64,000 nt of DNA from Escherichia coli (GTDB lineage: Bacteria; Pseudomonadota; Gammaproteobacteria; Enterobacterales; Enterobacteriaceae), in the NCBI RefSeq assembly GCF_024223415.1, contig NZ_CP100500.1; one strand, written 5' to 3'. Positions 61,418-64,000 of the stretch are shown here, piece by piece. The position numbers were made by a program, and so were the translations under genes. The notes under the pieces are model-generated. The model was not told where the DNA came from and did no database searches. It worked only from the letters and a program-made list of their open reading frames with translations. Numbering within the stretch: the first letter of the stretch is position 1; every line of letters starts with the position of its first letter.

Positions 61418-62500
61418 TTACGATTTTCTCATTAACAGCCACAGGCTGATTAAGAAGAAGCTGGCGCTTGGCAACAGTGCGCCGATGATCGGCGGGATGC
61501 CATAAACCAACGTCAGCGGGCCGAAGATCTGGTCCAGTACGTAGAAGACAAAACCGAAGCTAATACCGGTGACCACACGCACACCCATCGGTACGCTACG
61601 CAGTGGGCCAAAGATGAACGACAGCGCCATCAGCATCATCACCGCCACGGATAGCGGCTGGAAGATTTTGCTCCACATGTTGAGCTGATAACGTCCGGCA
61701 TCCTGACCGCTCGACTTCAGATACTTCACATAGTTGTGCAAACCGCTGATAGAGAGTGCATCCGGGTCCAGCGCCACCACGCCCAGTTTGTCAGGCGTGA
61801 GGTTGGTTTTCCAGGTGCCGCTCACCGTCTGCGAACCGGTGATCTGTTTCGGATTGGTCAGATCAGATTCATCAACCTGCGACAGACGCCAGACTTTATG
61901 TTCCGGGTCAAACTTCGCGGTAGCGGCATAGCGTACGGATTGCAGACGACGATTCTCGTTAAAGGCATAAATACTGATGCCACCTAACTCTTCGTCACCT
62001 TTAACCCGCTCAATGTAGACGAAGTTGTTGCCATCTTTCGCCCATAAGCCTTGCTGGGTAGAGAGCAACGAGCCGCCGTACATCGCCTGCGCACGGTAGT
62101 TACGCGCCATCTGCTCGCCCTGCGGCGCGACCCATTCGCCAATCGCCATCGTCAGCAAGACCAGCGGAATGGCGGTTTTCATCACCGACAGCGCAACCTG
62201 CATACGGGTGAAACCAGAAGCCTGCATCACCACCAGTTCGCTGCGCTGCGCCAGCATCCCAAGACCAAGCAACGCCCCAAGCAGAGCCGCCATCGGGAAG
62301 AAGATCTGCACATCTTTCGGCACGCTCAGCAAGGTATACATTCCTGCGCCTAACGCGTCGTAACTCCCCTGCCCGGCTTTTTTCAGCTGATCGACAAACT
62401 TGATAATGCCCGACAGCGACACCAGCATGAACAGCGTCATCATGATGGTGGTGAAAATAGTTTTACCGATATAGCGGTCAAGTACGCCAAAAGGTTGCAT
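61418..62500 (-). CDS. lptG: LPS export ABC transporter permease
   Basis: The start is taken at MQPFGVLDRYIGK with a 1-nt overlap with the lptF stop. Six-TM permease with periplasmic beta-jellyroll region. Confidence 0.9.
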   Translation of the reverse strand: MQPFGVLDRYIGKTIFTTIMMTLFMLVSLSGIIKFVDQLKKAGQGSYDALGAGMYTLLSVPKDVQIFFPMAALLGALLGLGMLAQRSELVVMQASGFTRMQVALSVMKTAIPLVLLTMAIGEWVAPQGEQMARNYRAQAMYGGSLLSTQQGLWAKDGNNFVYIERVKGDEELGGISIYAFNENRRLQSVRYAATAKFDPEHKVWRLSQVDESDLTNPKQITGSQTVSGTWKTNLTPDKLGVVALDPDALSISGLHNYVKYLKSSGQDAGRYQLNMWSKIFQPLSVAVMMLMALSFIFGPLRSVPMGVRVVTGISFGFVFYVLDQIFGPLTLVYGIPPIIGALLPSASFFLISLWLLMRKS

Positions 62501-63600
62501 CACACCGCTCCTTTACGCGAAAAACTGGCGCGCAGGCGGCGGACCGGCACGGTGTCCCAAAGGTTGAGAACAATCGCCAAAGCCAGATAAATCAGGTTAA
62601 CGGTCCACATCCACAGCGTCGGGTCCAGCTTACCTTTACCGCCGTTCGATTTCAGGGAGGTCTGGATCAGGAAGAAAAGTAGATACAGCAGCATGGCTGG
62701 CAGCATCGACAGTACGCGTCCCTGACGTGGGTTAACCACGCTCAGCGGTACGACCATAAGTGCCATCATAAACACGGTGAATACCAACGTGATACGCCAG
62801 TTCAGTTCTGCGCGAGCACGATCGGTGTCAGTGTTCCACAATGTGCGCATGTCCATCTGGTCGGTATCGTTCGGGTCGAGCGCCACCGCCTGGTGACCAA
62901 TGATCGCCTGATAATCCTGGAAATCCGTAATGCGGAAATCACGTAACAGTGCAGTGCCTTCGAAGCGCGTTCCCTGGTTGAGAGTGACGACCTGGGAGCC
63001 GTCGCGCAGCTGGGTTAAATGTCCGGAATCGGCCACCACCACAGAAGGACGTGCATTACCTTTTGGTCGAATTTGCGCGAGGAACACATCTTTGAAATCG
63101 CTGCCGTCAACGCTTTCGATGAACAGCACCGAGCTGCCATTAGTCGCTTGCTGGAATTGCCCTTGCGCCAGCGCCGCCATGCCAGGGTTCGCTTTCGCTT
63201 CTGCTAACACTTCATCCTGATGACGCGATGACCACGGTCCCGCCCACATCACGTTAACCGCCGCGACGATTGCCGTGAATACCGCAAGGATCATTGCCGC
63301 TTTCACCAGAACCGCTTTGCTCAGGCCGCAGGCATGCATTACCGTAATTTCACTTTCGGTATACAGTTTGCCCAGCGTCATCAGCAGCCCGAGGAACAGG
63401 CTTAATGGCAGGATAAGCTGCGCCATTTCCGGCACGCCCAACCCGAGAAGGGAGAGCACCAGATTCGCCGGAATATCGCCGTCAACCGCTGCGCCGAGGA
63501 TCCTCACTAACTTTTGACAGAAGAAGATCAAAAGCAAGATGAAGAGTATCGCCAGCTGGCTTTTGAGCGTCTCCCGCACCAGATATCTTATGATTATCAC
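62500..63600 (-). CDS. lptF: LPS export ABC transporter permease
   Basis: 366-aa protein MIIIRYLVRETLKSQLAILFILLLIFF…, paralog of lptG and upstream of it. Confidence 0.9.
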   Translation of the reverse strand: MIIIRYLVRETLKSQLAILFILLLIFFCQKLVRILGAAVDGDIPANLVLSLLGLGVPEMAQLILPLSLFLGLLMTLGKLYTESEITVMHACGLSKAVLVKAAMILAVFTAIVAAVNVMWAGPWSSRHQDEVLAEAKANPGMAALAQGQFQQATNGSSVLFIESVDGSDFKDVFLAQIRPKGNARPSVVVADSGHLTQLRDGSQVVTLNQGTRFEGTALLRDFRITDFQDYQAIIGHQAVALDPNDTDQMDMRTLWNTDTDRARAELNWRITLVFTVFMMALMVVPLSVVNPRQGRVLSMLPAMLLYLLFFLIQTSLKSNGGKGKLDPTLWMWTVNLIYLALAIVLNLWDTVPVRRLRASFSRKGAV

Positions 63601-63863
63601 TTTAAATACGCCCGTAAAAACTCGTCTTTTGCAGGATTTTAGCTTGTTTCATGGCTTAAACGTCATTTATTCTCTTGAGTCGTCGAAATCGTCGCTAAGA
63701 TAATTATACTCAACGGATTCACCTCTCAGATTTTGTTCTGACGTGCCAATGCCGTAATAACGTTAAGATTAACACGAAGTCATCGCAACAGCGGACATGA
63801 GTTACGAAAGCTTGCAATTCTATCTGTAGCCACCGCCGTTGTCTTTAAGATTCAGGAGCGTAG

Positions 63864-64000
<137 letters not shown>

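Overview
Escherichia coli-type chromosomal window with conserved core genes at both ends and a roughly 36 kb accessory island between nanS and the leuX tRNA. Left core (1-17.25 kb): uxuB (partial), uxuA, gntP, the type 1 fimbrial cluster fimHGFDCIA with the fimS invertible switch, fimE, fimB, then nanC-nanM-nanS. Right core (53.3-64 kb): leuX tRNA-Leu(CAA), ahr, idnK, idnDOTR, yjgR, lptG-lptF, pepA (partial). The island (about 17.3-53.3 kb) has no integrase and is packed with phage-defence modules, all called from motifs read by eye because no homology search was possible. (1) A translationally coupled minus-strand four-gene operon: SNF2 helicase, large N6-adenine methyltransferase, 2113-aa DEAD/DEAH helicase with Cys-rich DUF1998-like region, and a UvrD-like SF1 helicase. 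It resembles DISARM class 1 but has a fused drmA/drmB-like gene and a helicase where the PLD nuclease would be; this is the best candidate for an undescribed variant. (2) A Druantia type III-like pair whose giant helicase is split by a one-nucleotide frameshift inside an A7 tract. (3) A Zorya type II module (zorA-zorB-zorE). (4) An HNH endonuclease preceded by a diverged nanC-promoter/nanM remnant that forms a direct repeat with the intact nanM. (5) A Lon-like C-terminal remnant, a 42-bp near-perfect palindrome and a very AT-rich 682-aa orphan ORF next to leuX. The fimA promoter inside fimS points away from fimA, so the switch appears to be phase-OFF in this assembly. No CRISPR array or rRNA gene was seen.
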